Source: Cyanobacteriota bacterium (GTDB taxonomy: Bacteria > Cyanobacteriota > Cyanobacteriia > Thermostichales > Thermostichaceae). Taken from it: 64,000 nt of DNA. Below, one piece after another: positions 21,066 to 29,845 of the stretch. The notes under the pieces are model-generated. The model had not been told where the DNA came from and ran no database searches. It saw only the letters and a list, made by a program, of their open reading frames with translations. The position numbers and the translations under genes are program-made. The stretch is from assembly GCA_033764955.1 (NCBI GenBank), contig JANRIL010000019.1, positions 96,001 through 160,000 of the forward strand, read 5' to 3'. Position 1 is the first letter of the stretch, and each line of letters begins with the position of its first letter.

Positions 21066-21566
21066 ATGCTGTCTAGTCTATTTCGTGGAGATAGGCTGGG
21101 TAAACAGGCGGCTTATCGGAAGCGCATGACCACTGTGGACTGGGTGATCCCGGGTAAGTTGGCGGTGGGATCCTTACCTCGTCCTGGTGACAGTGCTATC
21201 CTGGCGAAAGCGAAAATTCAAGTCATCTTTTCCCTTTGTGCCCCAACCGAAGGCTCCTTACCACCGGATGTTCGCAAGCAGTTTTACTGTGGCAATTTAG
21301 TCTTGCCCGATAGCCACTGGAAGCACCCGATTCGGGTTGAGCAGTTGCGGCGGGCTGTCGAAGTGGTGCATCGAAGCGTTGAGAAAAATATGCCCATTTA
21401 TGTGCATTGTTTAGCGGGCATCGAGCGCTCCCCATTGGTTTGTATTGCCTATCTGTGTTGCTATCAAAACCTGCAACTGCAAGATGCCCTTACCTGGGTT
21501 AAACAGGTGCATCCACGCACCATGCCCACTCGTGATCAACTGAATGTTATTAAGCAGTTATTGTGA
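21066..21566 (+). CDS. Dual-specificity (CX5R) protein phosphatase
   Basis: YVHCLAGIERS catalytic loop; N-terminal WVIPGKLAVGSLP. Start is 21066 or 21126. Confidence 0.85.
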   Translation: MLSSLFRGDRLGKQAAYRKRMTTVDWVIPGKLAVGSLPRPGDSAILAKAKIQVIFSLCAPTEGSLPPDVRKQFYCGNLVLPDSHWKHPIRVEQLRRAVEVVHRSVEKNMPIYVHCLAGIERSPLVCIAYLCCYQNLQLQDALTWVKQVHPRTMPTRDQLNVIKQLL

Positions 21567-21740
21567 ATTTCCTGACTGCCCAGCGGGTTTGATTGCCGCC
21601 TTGAATCTAAAGAACTTTGGAAGTTGTGGTAGAGCTAACCATGCCTTTAATGGAGAATCAGCTAAGCTATCCCTGGTGGGTTCTACTCCCTATCAATAAG
21701 GGTTTGAGCCGGTTCTCAACGACAATCAGGACAGGAATCT

Positions 21741-21878
21741 ATGGCAAACTTCAATCGTGGCATCATGCGATTTGCTGGAGCCGATAGCCCTCTAGCAATA
21801 GCCCTCTCCACAGGGGTTGTGATAGGTGTTGTGGGATCCTTAATTTGGTGGGCGCTGCATTCTGCCTACAGTCTTTAG
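21741..21878 (+). CDS. ndhQ: NDH-1L small subunit NdhQ (45 aa; absent from the ORF track)
   Basis: Hand translation MANFNRGIMRFAGADSPLAIALSTGVVIGVVGSLIWWALHSAYSL. FNRGIM.F.GADSP and LIWWALH.AY match NdhQ as I recall it. Single TM; AGGA upstream. Confidence 0.88.
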   Translation: MANFNRGIMRFAGADSPLAIALSTGVVIGVVGSLIWWALHSAYSL

Positions 21879-21905
21879 CCCCTCTGACTCCCCCTTGCCC
21901 CTCCG

Positions 21906-23003
21906 ATGTGGACTCCTGAGCAACAGCAACGTCTGCGTCATCGGCTTTTGGATTGGTATGGGCAGCAGGGCAGAGATCTGCCGTGGCGACACACCAGGGA
22001 TCCCTATGCCATTTGGGTCTCTGAGATCATGCTGCAACAAACCCAGGTGACAACGGTTTTGCCCTACTTTCAGCGCTGGTTAGAGCAACTCCCCCACATC
22101 CAGGACTTAGCTGTCGCTGCTCCGGCTCAGGTACTCAAGCTCTGGGAAGGGTTGGGCTATTATCGACGGGCACGCTACCTCCAGCAGGCGGCTCAGCAGT
22201 TAGTCGCCGAACGACAGGGAGTGTTTCCCACCACTTTGGAAGAAGCGATGGGATTGCCGGGGATTGGTCGCACCACAGCGGCGGGGATCCTGAGTGCTGC
22301 TTTTGATCGACCGCTCCCTATTCTGGATGGTAATGTCAAGCGGATATTGGCTCGTTTGGGGGCGTTGCCGGTTCCTCCCCGCAGGGCAACTCGGCAGCTT
22401 TGGCAATGGTCGGAGACTTTATTGGATCGGCAGCATCCCCGCGACTTTAACCAAGCTCTGATGGATTTGGGGGCGCTGATCTGTCGTCCCCGACAGCCTC
22501 ACTGTAGAGAGTGCCCTTGGCAAGAGGATTGCACCGCTTACAATCACAGACAGCAAGATCACTATCCTATGTCTGAACCCACCCCACCCCGCCCCCACAA
22601 AACCATTGCTGTTGCCGTCGTTTGGCAAGGGGAGCAGTTGCTCATTGATCAACGGTTGGAAAGTTCGATGCTGGGGGGCTTATGGGAATTTCCGGGGGGG
22701 AAGATTGAGGAGGGAGAAACGGCGGCGGAATGCGTCGTGCGGGAGGTGAAAGAGGAAATTGGCATTGATGTGGTGGTGGAATCGGCGCTGACCACTATCG
22801 ACCATGCCTACAGCCATTTTACGATTACGCTCATTGCCTTCATTTGTCGCTATGTGGCGGGAGAAGCGCGGGCGTTGCAATGCAGTGATGTGCGCTGGAT
22901 TTATCCTTCTCAACTGAGTGAGTATGCCTTCCCTTCTGCCAATCAAAAACTTTTTCCGGCTCTCTACGAATGGCTGAACACCCAATCCTCCAGTACCTCT
23001 TAA
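21906..23003 (+). CDS. mutY: A/G-specific adenine glycosylase MutY with C-terminal Nudix (MutT-like) domain
   Basis: RDLPWR, WVSEIMLQQTQV, WEGLGYYRRA, HhH LPGIGRTTA, LDGNVKR, FeS motif CRPRQPHCRECP..C, and a Nudix box. Confidence 0.95.
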   Translation: MWTPEQQQRLRHRLLDWYGQQGRDLPWRHTRDPYAIWVSEIMLQQTQVTTVLPYFQRWLEQLPHIQDLAVAAPAQVLKLWEGLGYYRRARYLQQAAQQLVAERQGVFPTTLEEAMGLPGIGRTTAAGILSAAFDRPLPILDGNVKRILARLGALPVPPRRATRQLWQWSETLLDRQHPRDFNQALMDLGALICRPRQPHCRECPWQEDCTAYNHRQQDHYPMSEPTPPRPHKTIAVAVVWQGEQLLIDQRLESSMLGGLWEFPGGKIEEGETAAECVVREVKEEIGIDVVVESALTTIDHAYSHFTITLIAFICRYVAGEARALQCSDVRWIYPSQLSEYAFPSANQKLFPALYEWLNTQSSSTS

Positions 23004-23129
23004 TTCAGACTGATGACCACTTTTTTTCTGCTGGTTGAGACCCTCTGCCCGGAAGGGTGTCATTGCAGATTTTGTTCACAAAGACGGAACCACAACTATT
23101 TTGTATAGGCAAGTTGGGGCGAGGAATCG

Positions 23130-24311
23130 ATGAAATCATATGACTGGATCGTGGTAGGCGGCGGCATCACCGGAAGTTTGCTGGCCTATCATTTGGTTCG
23201 CCAACCATCCCGTGTTTTATGGCTGGAAAAAGATGTATCCCTGCGGGGAGCCAGCCGCTATAGCTATGGTGGATTTAGTTATTGGGCGGCCAAAACCCCT
23301 CTGCAACAGACCCTCGCCCAACGGAGTTTTGATCGCTATTTTGAGTTGCAAGACGAATTGCCAGAGAATTTCCGACTGCGCTTGCTTGACTTGGTCATGC
23401 CCATTTTGCCGGGATGGGATCCCCAGCAGGTGCTAGCCATGCACGCCGATATGCGGATCCCGCCCCAACTGATTGATGTTCCGTCGGCTTGCCAATTGGA
23501 GCCGCTCCTCAACCCAACCGCCTTTGATGCCGCTCTCACCGTTCAGCACGGCCACCTTCATCCGGGACGATTGGTCAAAGCTTTGCAAGCTGCTTTCCAG
23601 GCGTTGGGGGGCGACGTGATCATTCAGCCCGTCACAGGTTTTTTGGGTCAGCCCAGCATCAGCGGTGTCACCACCCCAACCCACACCTATAGCGGATCGC
23701 AGGTAATTGTCTGTGCAGGTGGTTGGAGTCGGCAGTTGGTCAACCAAACGGGGTTGTCGATCCCCCTTTACTTCACCCATGCCGAGTCGATAGAAATTCC
23801 CCCTCCGCCTGACCTACACCTGCGGGCATTGGTCAACCCCATTCCCCTCAAGCGTTTTGACCTAGAAGCGGAGTCTTGTCGGCCTGAGAAAATCGGTTTG
23901 TGGGCAGCCGCGGGGCATGAGGCAGCGCCACCCATCCTGGATGTGGGGGCAGTGCCATTTGGAGAGGAGGGGATCCGCATCGGGCAGGTGAGCCGCACCT
24001 TGACGGATCCAGAGGCAAGGGTGGATCCCGTCAGCAGCGAGGCGGCCATGCGGCAGGGATTGCGCCCCTATCTTCCCAGCCTTGCCGATCTGCCGGGGCA
24101 GTGGTACGAATGTTTGGTGGCGTTTACGGCTGACCAGTTGCCCCTCGTGGGATCCCTCCAGCCGGGGCTGTCGATTTTTTCTGGATTTAGCAATCCACTG
24201 GCTACCGTACCCGCCCTAGCCGAGCGCTTTGCTACCCATCTCACCGCCGGAACGGTTGACCGGGATCCGCTGCTAGCACCGCTATCCCCCAGCCGCTTTG
24301 GCAAGGGGTGA
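23130..24311 (+). CDS. FAD-dependent oxidoreductase (DAO/glycine oxidase-like)
   Basis: YDWIVVGGGITG, GASRYSYG, VCAGGWS, FTADQLPLVG, LSPSRF. Confidence 0.85.
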   Translation: MKSYDWIVVGGGITGSLLAYHLVRQPSRVLWLEKDVSLRGASRYSYGGFSYWAAKTPLQQTLAQRSFDRYFELQDELPENFRLRLLDLVMPILPGWDPQQVLAMHADMRIPPQLIDVPSACQLEPLLNPTAFDAALTVQHGHLHPGRLVKALQAAFQALGGDVIIQPVTGFLGQPSISGVTTPTHTYSGSQVIVCAGGWSRQLVNQTGLSIPLYFTHAESIEIPPPPDLHLRALVNPIPLKRFDLEAESCRPEKIGLWAAAGHEAAPPILDVGAVPFGEEGIRIGQVSRTLTDPEARVDPVSSEAAMRQGLRPYLPSLADLPGQWYECLVAFTADQLPLVGSLQPGLSIFSGFSNPLATVPALAERFATHLTAGTVDRDPLLAPLSPSRFGKG

Positions 24312-24324
24312 GGATCCCCCCAGT

Positions 24325-26670
24325 TCAACAAGCCACTTCCGAGTCGAGATGAAAAGGGATCCGCACGGTAAAGGTGGTCTGGTTGTTTTCACTTTCGACA
24401 GCGATACTGCCATCCAAAAGAGAAACCCGTTGCTGAACCAGGGCTAAGCCTAATCCTGTACCCCCTTGCCGCCAGGGATCCGCATTGGGCACTCGATAAA
24501 ACTTCTCAAAAATATGGGGAAGCTCACGACTAGGAATTTCTACCCCCGTATTGCGGACAACAATCATCAAATGTTGTCTATTGGCGGTTACCTGCACAAA
24601 AATATCCTCATGAGGGGGGGTATATTTGCAGGCGTTGTTGAGCAGCTCGCTCAAAATTTGCTCCAGACCCAACGGCAGCGCATAAATTTGAGGCAAGTTT
24701 TGGGACAATTCGACGGTTAAGGTTTGTTGACGGCTTTGGGCACGGTCATAAAAGGGCTTGATAACCGTTGGGATCCAACTTTGTAGATCCATCTGCTGAA
24801 ATTGTTGGGGATCGGGATTGGCTTCCAATCGTTGCAGATCCAGCAGATCGTTAATCAGGCGAATTTCCCGCTCACATTCCTCCTGCAAAATTTGCAGATA
24901 ACGAGTGATTTTGGCAGCATCCTGCAAATGGGTTACCTGGGGATGAAGCAGGCTAGTCAGGAGTTGAATAGCCATCCGAATACTGGAAAGTGGTGTACGT
25001 AACTCATGGGAAACGGTACTCAAAAAGTCATTTTTGAGGGCATCCAGACGACGTAGTTCTATGACTTGAGCATTGAGTTGGGCGGTGCGATCCTGAACTT
25101 TGGCCTCTAAATCTTGGTTGAGGGTTTGGATTTGCCCAAACAGTTGACCCTGTTGAATGGCAATAGCTAACTGATCGGCAATCGCCTCCACCAGAACCTT
25201 TTCAGAATTGAGCCACTGTGCCGATAGATTTTCACTGGCTAAGGCTAAATATCCCCAAAAAGTTGTGGGGTTGGATTCAGAAATAGGTTGGGGGATCTGC
25301 GAACTCAGGGATAGGGGTACAAATAGAGAAGTCCTGGCCTTATCCATTAACCAATGGGGGGATGGTTGGGATCCCGTCTGCTGGATGAAGGTCATGGATT
25401 CATTACTACCAGAAGCTAATGACGGAAGACTCGCTTCTGCCGCTAAGAGAGTGACGATTTCAAACCGTTTGAGATGCTGGGTAATGGGATGGGGTTGATC
25501 GGGCAAAATAGAGCCTAATTCATCCAAATGACTGTGATGGCGGCGATAGTCGGCTCGATTGATCCAAACCGCTTGTTCGGGCAGATATTGGGCGATAATC
25601 ACCTGATCCACATGCAAAATTTGGCTAATGGCTGCCACAGCCGTTGAAAAGATATCTTCCAAATGCAGCGAGTTGCGAATGGCTTGAATGACTTGGTTGA
25701 GGGCACGTTCCCGTTGTGCCTGTTGCTGACTGTGCTGATAAAGTTGACTTTGTTGAATAGCACTTTCCACCTGAGATCCCAGGTTTTCCAAAAAGTGCAT
25801 CTGCCAGGAATGCCAATGGCGGGGATGCAGGTAGTGATGCACCACCAATAGACCCCAAAACTCCTCCCCCTGCATGAAGGGAAAACAAAGCAGCGACTTA
25901 ATGGGAGGGGCGATCGGGCTAAAAGGAATGTCAGCAAGAGGAGACTGAAACAGATCCGGTAGAGCATAGCTGCGTCCGGCCTGCAAATGGGGGAGCAGTT
26001 GTTGACACCACTCGCGGTTGAGGGAGGTTTGCAGGAGGCTGGGGTGCTCGGCCTGATGAGCCTCAGCAATCACAAGCGGGGATCCCTGCGGCCATTTACG
26101 ACAGATCAAGACACTATCCGCCTGCAAAAACTGCCGCACCTCTTGCACCGTCGTGGTCAAAATATCATTTAAATCGAGGGATTGACGAATATGAGCTGTG
26201 ATGGTGCTCAGCAGTTGTTCTTGGCGATTTTGTTGTTGCAGCGTTTCGAGGGTGCGACTCGCTTGGAGTAGCCGTTGCATCCGTTGTCGCAACACCGCCC
26301 AATGGATAGGCTTGGTCACATAATCGGCGGCTCCAGCGGCAAAAGCCCGATCCACCGAAACACTATCCTCCAAACCTGTGATCATCAAAACAGGGGTATT
26401 GTGGCTATTGGGCAGGGCTTTCAGGTGGCTACAACAGGCAAACCCGTCCATAACGGGCATGATGGCATCCAGCAGGATAATGTCCGGTTGCAACTGTTGA
26501 AAGAGTCGCAAACACTCCTCCCCATCAATGGCCTCGACAACGCGATATCCTTCCCCAGCTACCAGATGACGTAGCCATTGTCGCGTGACCCGATCATCAT
26601 CCACCAATAACACCAAGGGATCCATGGTGGGGGTGGGGGGTGGGATGGGGTCGAGGGTCTCTAGAAGCAT
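24325..26670 (-). CDS. Hybrid sensor histidine kinase (REC-GAF-GAF-HisKA-HATPase)
   Basis: LLVDDD...PDIILLDAIMPVMDG...YVTKP receiver; two IRxSL.L..I GAF domains; FLSTVSHELRTPL; ELLNNACKYT; GGTGLGL. Start uncertain. Confidence 0.9.
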   Translation of the reverse strand: MLLETLDPIPPPTPTMDPLVLLVDDDRVTRQWLRHLVAGEGYRVVEAIDGEECLRLFQQLQPDIILLDAIMPVMDGFACCSHLKALPNSHNTPVLMITGLEDSVSVDRAFAAGAADYVTKPIHWAVLRQRMQRLLQASRTLETLQQQNRQEQLLSTITAHIRQSLDLNDILTTTVQEVRQFLQADSVLICRKWPQGSPLVIAEAHQAEHPSLLQTSLNREWCQQLLPHLQAGRSYALPDLFQSPLADIPFSPIAPPIKSLLCFPFMQGEEFWGLLVVHHYLHPRHWHSWQMHFLENLGSQVESAIQQSQLYQHSQQQAQRERALNQVIQAIRNSLHLEDIFSTAVAAISQILHVDQVIIAQYLPEQAVWINRADYRRHHSHLDELGSILPDQPHPITQHLKRFEIVTLLAAEASLPSLASGSNESMTFIQQTGSQPSPHWLMDKARTSLFVPLSLSSQIPQPISESNPTTFWGYLALASENLSAQWLNSEKVLVEAIADQLAIAIQQGQLFGQIQTLNQDLEAKVQDRTAQLNAQVIELRRLDALKNDFLSTVSHELRTPLSSIRMAIQLLTSLLHPQVTHLQDAAKITRYLQILQEECEREIRLINDLLDLQRLEANPDPQQFQQMDLQSWIPTVIKPFYDRAQSRQQTLTVELSQNLPQIYALPLGLEQILSELLNNACKYTPPHEDIFVQVTANRQHLMIVVRNTGVEIPSRELPHIFEKFYRVPNADPWRQGGTGLGLALVQQRVSLLDGSIAVESENNQTTFTVRIPFHLDSEVAC

Positions 26671-26904
26671 CGATAGCTGGAGATATGGAGGAACCTGCTG
26701 AGCAGGATCAAGCAGCAGCCCATGTTGAGAAACACGAACTGTATCTATTTTCAACCGCGAAATGGCTGGGCGCATCCTGATTTCTACTACAGAAACCGAT
26801 CAATTGGTTGCTCTGGAGTTACAAGAGTCTGGAGGCACAACCTCCCGCACAAACTAGGACGTTCTTCCCCTTGTTCCCCACTCCTTCCCCACCGCATCTG
26901 TTCT

Positions 26905-26992
26905 GGGCAACACCCCAAATCAGCGGTGGCTAGTAGCCTTGGTAACCCAACCAACTATCTTTATACCGTCCGCTGCATTTGGATTATTAGAC
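26905..26992 (-). other. Integron attC recombination site (88 bp)
   Basis: Minus strand: R'' GTCTAAT - AATCCA - L'' AATGCAGC - GGAC ... CACC - L' GCTGATT - TGGGGT - R' GTTGCCC. Arms CCAAAT(G)CAGCGG(A)CGG / CCACCGCTGATTTGG pair with two extrahelical bases. Starts 18 nt after the stop of the upstream minus-strand gene. Confidence 0.8.
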
Positions 26993-27010
26993 CTTGCGCA
27001 AAGACATCAT

Positions 27011-28117
27011 TCATAGTATTACCGCTTCAACTGGTCGCCGTAGTGATCGCTGAGTCTCAGTACCATATCCAAAACGGACAACTAGATCTGGTCTGAGATC
27101 ACCAATGCCAAGATAAGTAGCGAATTGTGGACGTAATGATAAAACCTCAACTGGCTGGTTCAAAAATGCATTTTTTATGCCTAGTGCAGTTGCTTGCAAG
27201 GCGAACCGCTCGTAACATCGTCCTGTTTCAACCCAATGTTCCTTATCGTTACGCTCAGACACAAATACAGCAATCCCCGCAGAGGTACGAATGTGTTTAG
27301 CATATTTGTCGTTTTCACTCTTGGTTGTAAAAAACAAATTCAACAATCTCATCCCCAGCCAGCGAGGAACAATAGGATTTCCTGACGAACCAGCAAATAG
27401 CCCATCCCTTTTGCTCAAGACTTCGTCATGGCTGAATCTAATCCAAGATTTCAGTTCCTCAACAAAGGCTCGATCATTCATCTGCGCTGTATTACCCTGA
27501 ACAACATACTCCAGGATGTTCTCAATTTGGGCTTTTTCGGTGATCAGCAATATCCTGACCCCATTGCCCTGCCCTGTCGCTTCAAGGGAGGCTAAATCAG
27601 CGGTGCTTAATTTTCTACCGTCATACTCAACTCGACTGCATTGACGTTGAGGAATCGCATTAAAAAGGTCAGAAGATATTATTTTTGAGGGTTCTAAGGT
27701 GACTTTCACCCTGTCATCAACAGAATCGAAATGTGCAAATCCGTGCTTGCCAAATGCCTGTGCCGCTTGAATCAGATTTTCGGCAGCACAGCCTAAACTC
27801 ACAAACAAATGATGGTCATCAGGATCAACAGCAGGGCATCTCCGTGCCCAGTCTGGCAAAATTGAAATGGTTTGATCTGCAATCGTGAATTTCCAGCATT
27901 GCGTATTATGACTCGACGCAGCTAAGGTAGCGTAGCGAACCAGTTCATGATTGACTGCTATCAGGTCGTTCGTTGAGTTATCTAAGGTATGTCGCCAAGT
28001 ATCACGGACGGTATTGTTGTATCGACCGTTAGACTGATGAGCAGTTCCTATTGCATATGTCATTGCTCCTCCCGTCAGTGCAGTAAGACCTAAAATAATT
28101 TGTCTTCGACTCAGCAT
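27011..28117 (-). CDS. Acg-family FMN-binding nitroreductase-like protein with twin-arginine signal
   Basis: MLSRRQIILGLTAL Tat-like N-terminus; ATLAASSHNTQCWKF, VDPDDHHLFVSLGCAAENL, GRCYERFALQATALGI, LNQPVEV, RFGYG. Confidence 0.85.
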   Translation of the reverse strand: MLSRRQIILGLTALTGGAMTYAIGTAHQSNGRYNNTVRDTWRHTLDNSTNDLIAVNHELVRYATLAASSHNTQCWKFTIADQTISILPDWARRCPAVDPDDHHLFVSLGCAAENLIQAAQAFGKHGFAHFDSVDDRVKVTLEPSKIISSDLFNAIPQRQCSRVEYDGRKLSTADLASLEATGQGNGVRILLITEKAQIENILEYVVQGNTAQMNDRAFVEELKSWIRFSHDEVLSKRDGLFAGSSGNPIVPRWLGMRLLNLFFTTKSENDKYAKHIRTSAGIAVFVSERNDKEHWVETGRCYERFALQATALGIKNAFLNQPVEVLSLRPQFATYLGIGDLRPDLVVRFGYGTETQRSLRRPVEAVIL

Positions 28118-28127
28118 CAGTAAACCC

Positions 28128-28544
28128 TCAGTCTGAAACTTGGAGTGATACCCTACGGATTTTTGCAGCGATGAGCGGGGATAGCATTAACCAGACTAAG
28201 CCAATAGGCATTAAGCCACCTTGCAACAAATTATAGTCAGCACCGATTTGCTGCCATGAATAGCCTAAGACAAAAAAACCCAGACTAATCTCGAATACGA
28301 CGGTTAGCAGCAGCCACAGTATACCAATGCCCAAAAGTTGGGAAAAGTGCGATACATGAAGCCATCGGATAAATAACGTGGCGATCATCAACACCAATAC
28401 TGATCCAATAGCAAATGAAACTTGATGAGCAAGAGGATCACCCAGAAATGGCACTAGGCAAAAGATCCGAGCAGCACCATTTAAGCTCTCCACAAGAATA
28501 AATACAAGCCAAATCACAATGCTTTTCAGGATGATTATGGTCAT
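28128..28544 (-). CDS. Hypothetical small membrane protein (about 4 TM)
   Basis: 138 aa with four hydrophobic segments (motifs NGAAR, LTVVFE, DYNLLQGGL); 10 nt upstream of the Acg gene. Confidence 0.75.
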   Translation of the reverse strand: MTIIILKSIVIWLVFILVESLNGAARIFCLVPFLGDPLAHQVSFAIGSVLVLMIATLFIRWLHVSHFSQLLGIGILWLLLTVVFEISLGFFVLGYSWQQIGADYNLLQGGLMPIGLVWLMLSPLIAAKIRRVSLQVSD

Positions 28545-28665
28545 ATGTCATGTCCTTACAACCAAAGTGCCCTCTAGCTATGAGAGTAAAACTGAAAACT
28601 GAGTAACTTGTGAGAAATTCTTGCGATTATAATTCCGATCAGTTGGTTTCGGTCTAACAAAGCGG

Positions 28666-29631
28666 TTAAGCGGGGAAAAGGGTTTGGAGCACCTGAGCGG
28701 GCAAAATAGAGGTAATCTTTTGATCGGCAGCCCGCACCCAGCGATAGGGGCCTTGGGAGGGCAGGAGGCGATGGGGATCCGTTGGGCCAAAGAGAGCCAG
28801 CAAAGGGGTTTGGGTGGCAACGGCTAGGTGCATGGGGGCGCTATCGGTGCAGAGGAGCAGGGTGGCTCCGGCGATCATGCCCGTCAGTTGACTGATCTGG
28901 CGAGGACGGGTTAGGTAGAGATCCGGTTGCCGATCCAAAAAGGCTTGGGCTAGCTCCTGATCCTCAGGGCCAATCAACAGAACCATCGGCAGCTCAGGCC
29001 GTTTTTTCTGAAAGCCCTGCATGATCTCTAGCCAACGCTCCACCGGATAAATCTTTTGAATACCCTTGTTGATGGAGATCTGACTGGCTCCGGGATGGAT
29101 CAACACATAATCAGACTTGTCGCCAAACAAACGCTGCCGCTCCTGTTCACACCAATCGAGAGCCGGCTTTTTGAGGCGAATTTGCGGTAGGGGAGTGGTG
29201 GTAGCCCCCGGAAATCCTTGCAGCAGATCCGCATACATACTCGCGGCATACTGCTCCTCTTTGAGGGGGACTGCATCCGTTAACCACGGACCTGTTGTTT
29301 GTCCATAGCCCACCCGCTTGGGGATCCCGGTCAACCAGAGCAGCAGCTTCAGCCCCCAGGAACGCCCTAGACTGACAACCCCGTCATATTGCCGCTCCCG
29401 AATCCGCCCCAAGAGATCGCTGAGATCCCCCAAAGACACCTGTTCCTTAAAGGCAAAGGTGAGGACACGATCCACGGAAGGACAGACCTCATAAGCCCCC
29501 GCCGCTCGTGGTTCCACCATCACCTCGATTTCCGCCTGGGGAAACCGTTGCCGCAGCCCCGCCAGTGTGGGAAAAAATAAGATCTGATCGCCGATTCCAC
29601 CGGGAACAAGGGCTAAAATACGCTCGTGCAT
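28666..29631 (-). CDS. Glycosyltransferase family 9 protein
   Basis: LVPGGIGDQILFFP, LIHPGAS, CTDSAPMHLAVA..TP..ALFGPTDP. Confidence 0.9.
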   Translation of the reverse strand: MHERILALVPGGIGDQILFFPTLAGLRQRFPQAEIEVMVEPRAAGAYEVCPSVDRVLTFAFKEQVSLGDLSDLLGRIRERQYDGVVSLGRSWGLKLLLWLTGIPKRVGYGQTTGPWLTDAVPLKEEQYAASMYADLLQGFPGATTTPLPQIRLKKPALDWCEQERQRLFGDKSDYVLIHPGASQISINKGIQKIYPVERWLEIMQGFQKKRPELPMVLLIGPEDQELAQAFLDRQPDLYLTRPRQISQLTGMIAGATLLLCTDSAPMHLAVATQTPLLALFGPTDPHRLLPSQGPYRWVRAADQKITSILPAQVLQTLFPA

Positions 29632-29845
29632 GGGGTTGACCTGCGTAAGAGAGATCAGGAACGTGGCCGAGGAACAGGACTTAGGCTAATTATGAGCTTA
29701 ATTATGAATGGGATCAGGAATTAAGGATAATTAAACTGGCCGATTTCGCGGATGCTGAGTTAAGTATTTCTGCTGTGACGGCTGAATAACCTTAACTATT
29801 GTAACGGCTTCAGTCCCTGGATCATCCTTATTCTCCCCAGTCTGC

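Larger units (their letters stand above)
26911..28657 (-). mobile_element. Integron-type gene cassette (2 ORFs + attC) at a non-integron chromosomal site
   Basis: Begins G|TTAGACC (28651-28658, minus), complementary to the attC R'' GGTCTAA(T). Ends G|TTGCCC. Visibly more AT-rich than its flanks, and I see no GGATCC inside. Confidence 0.75.
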
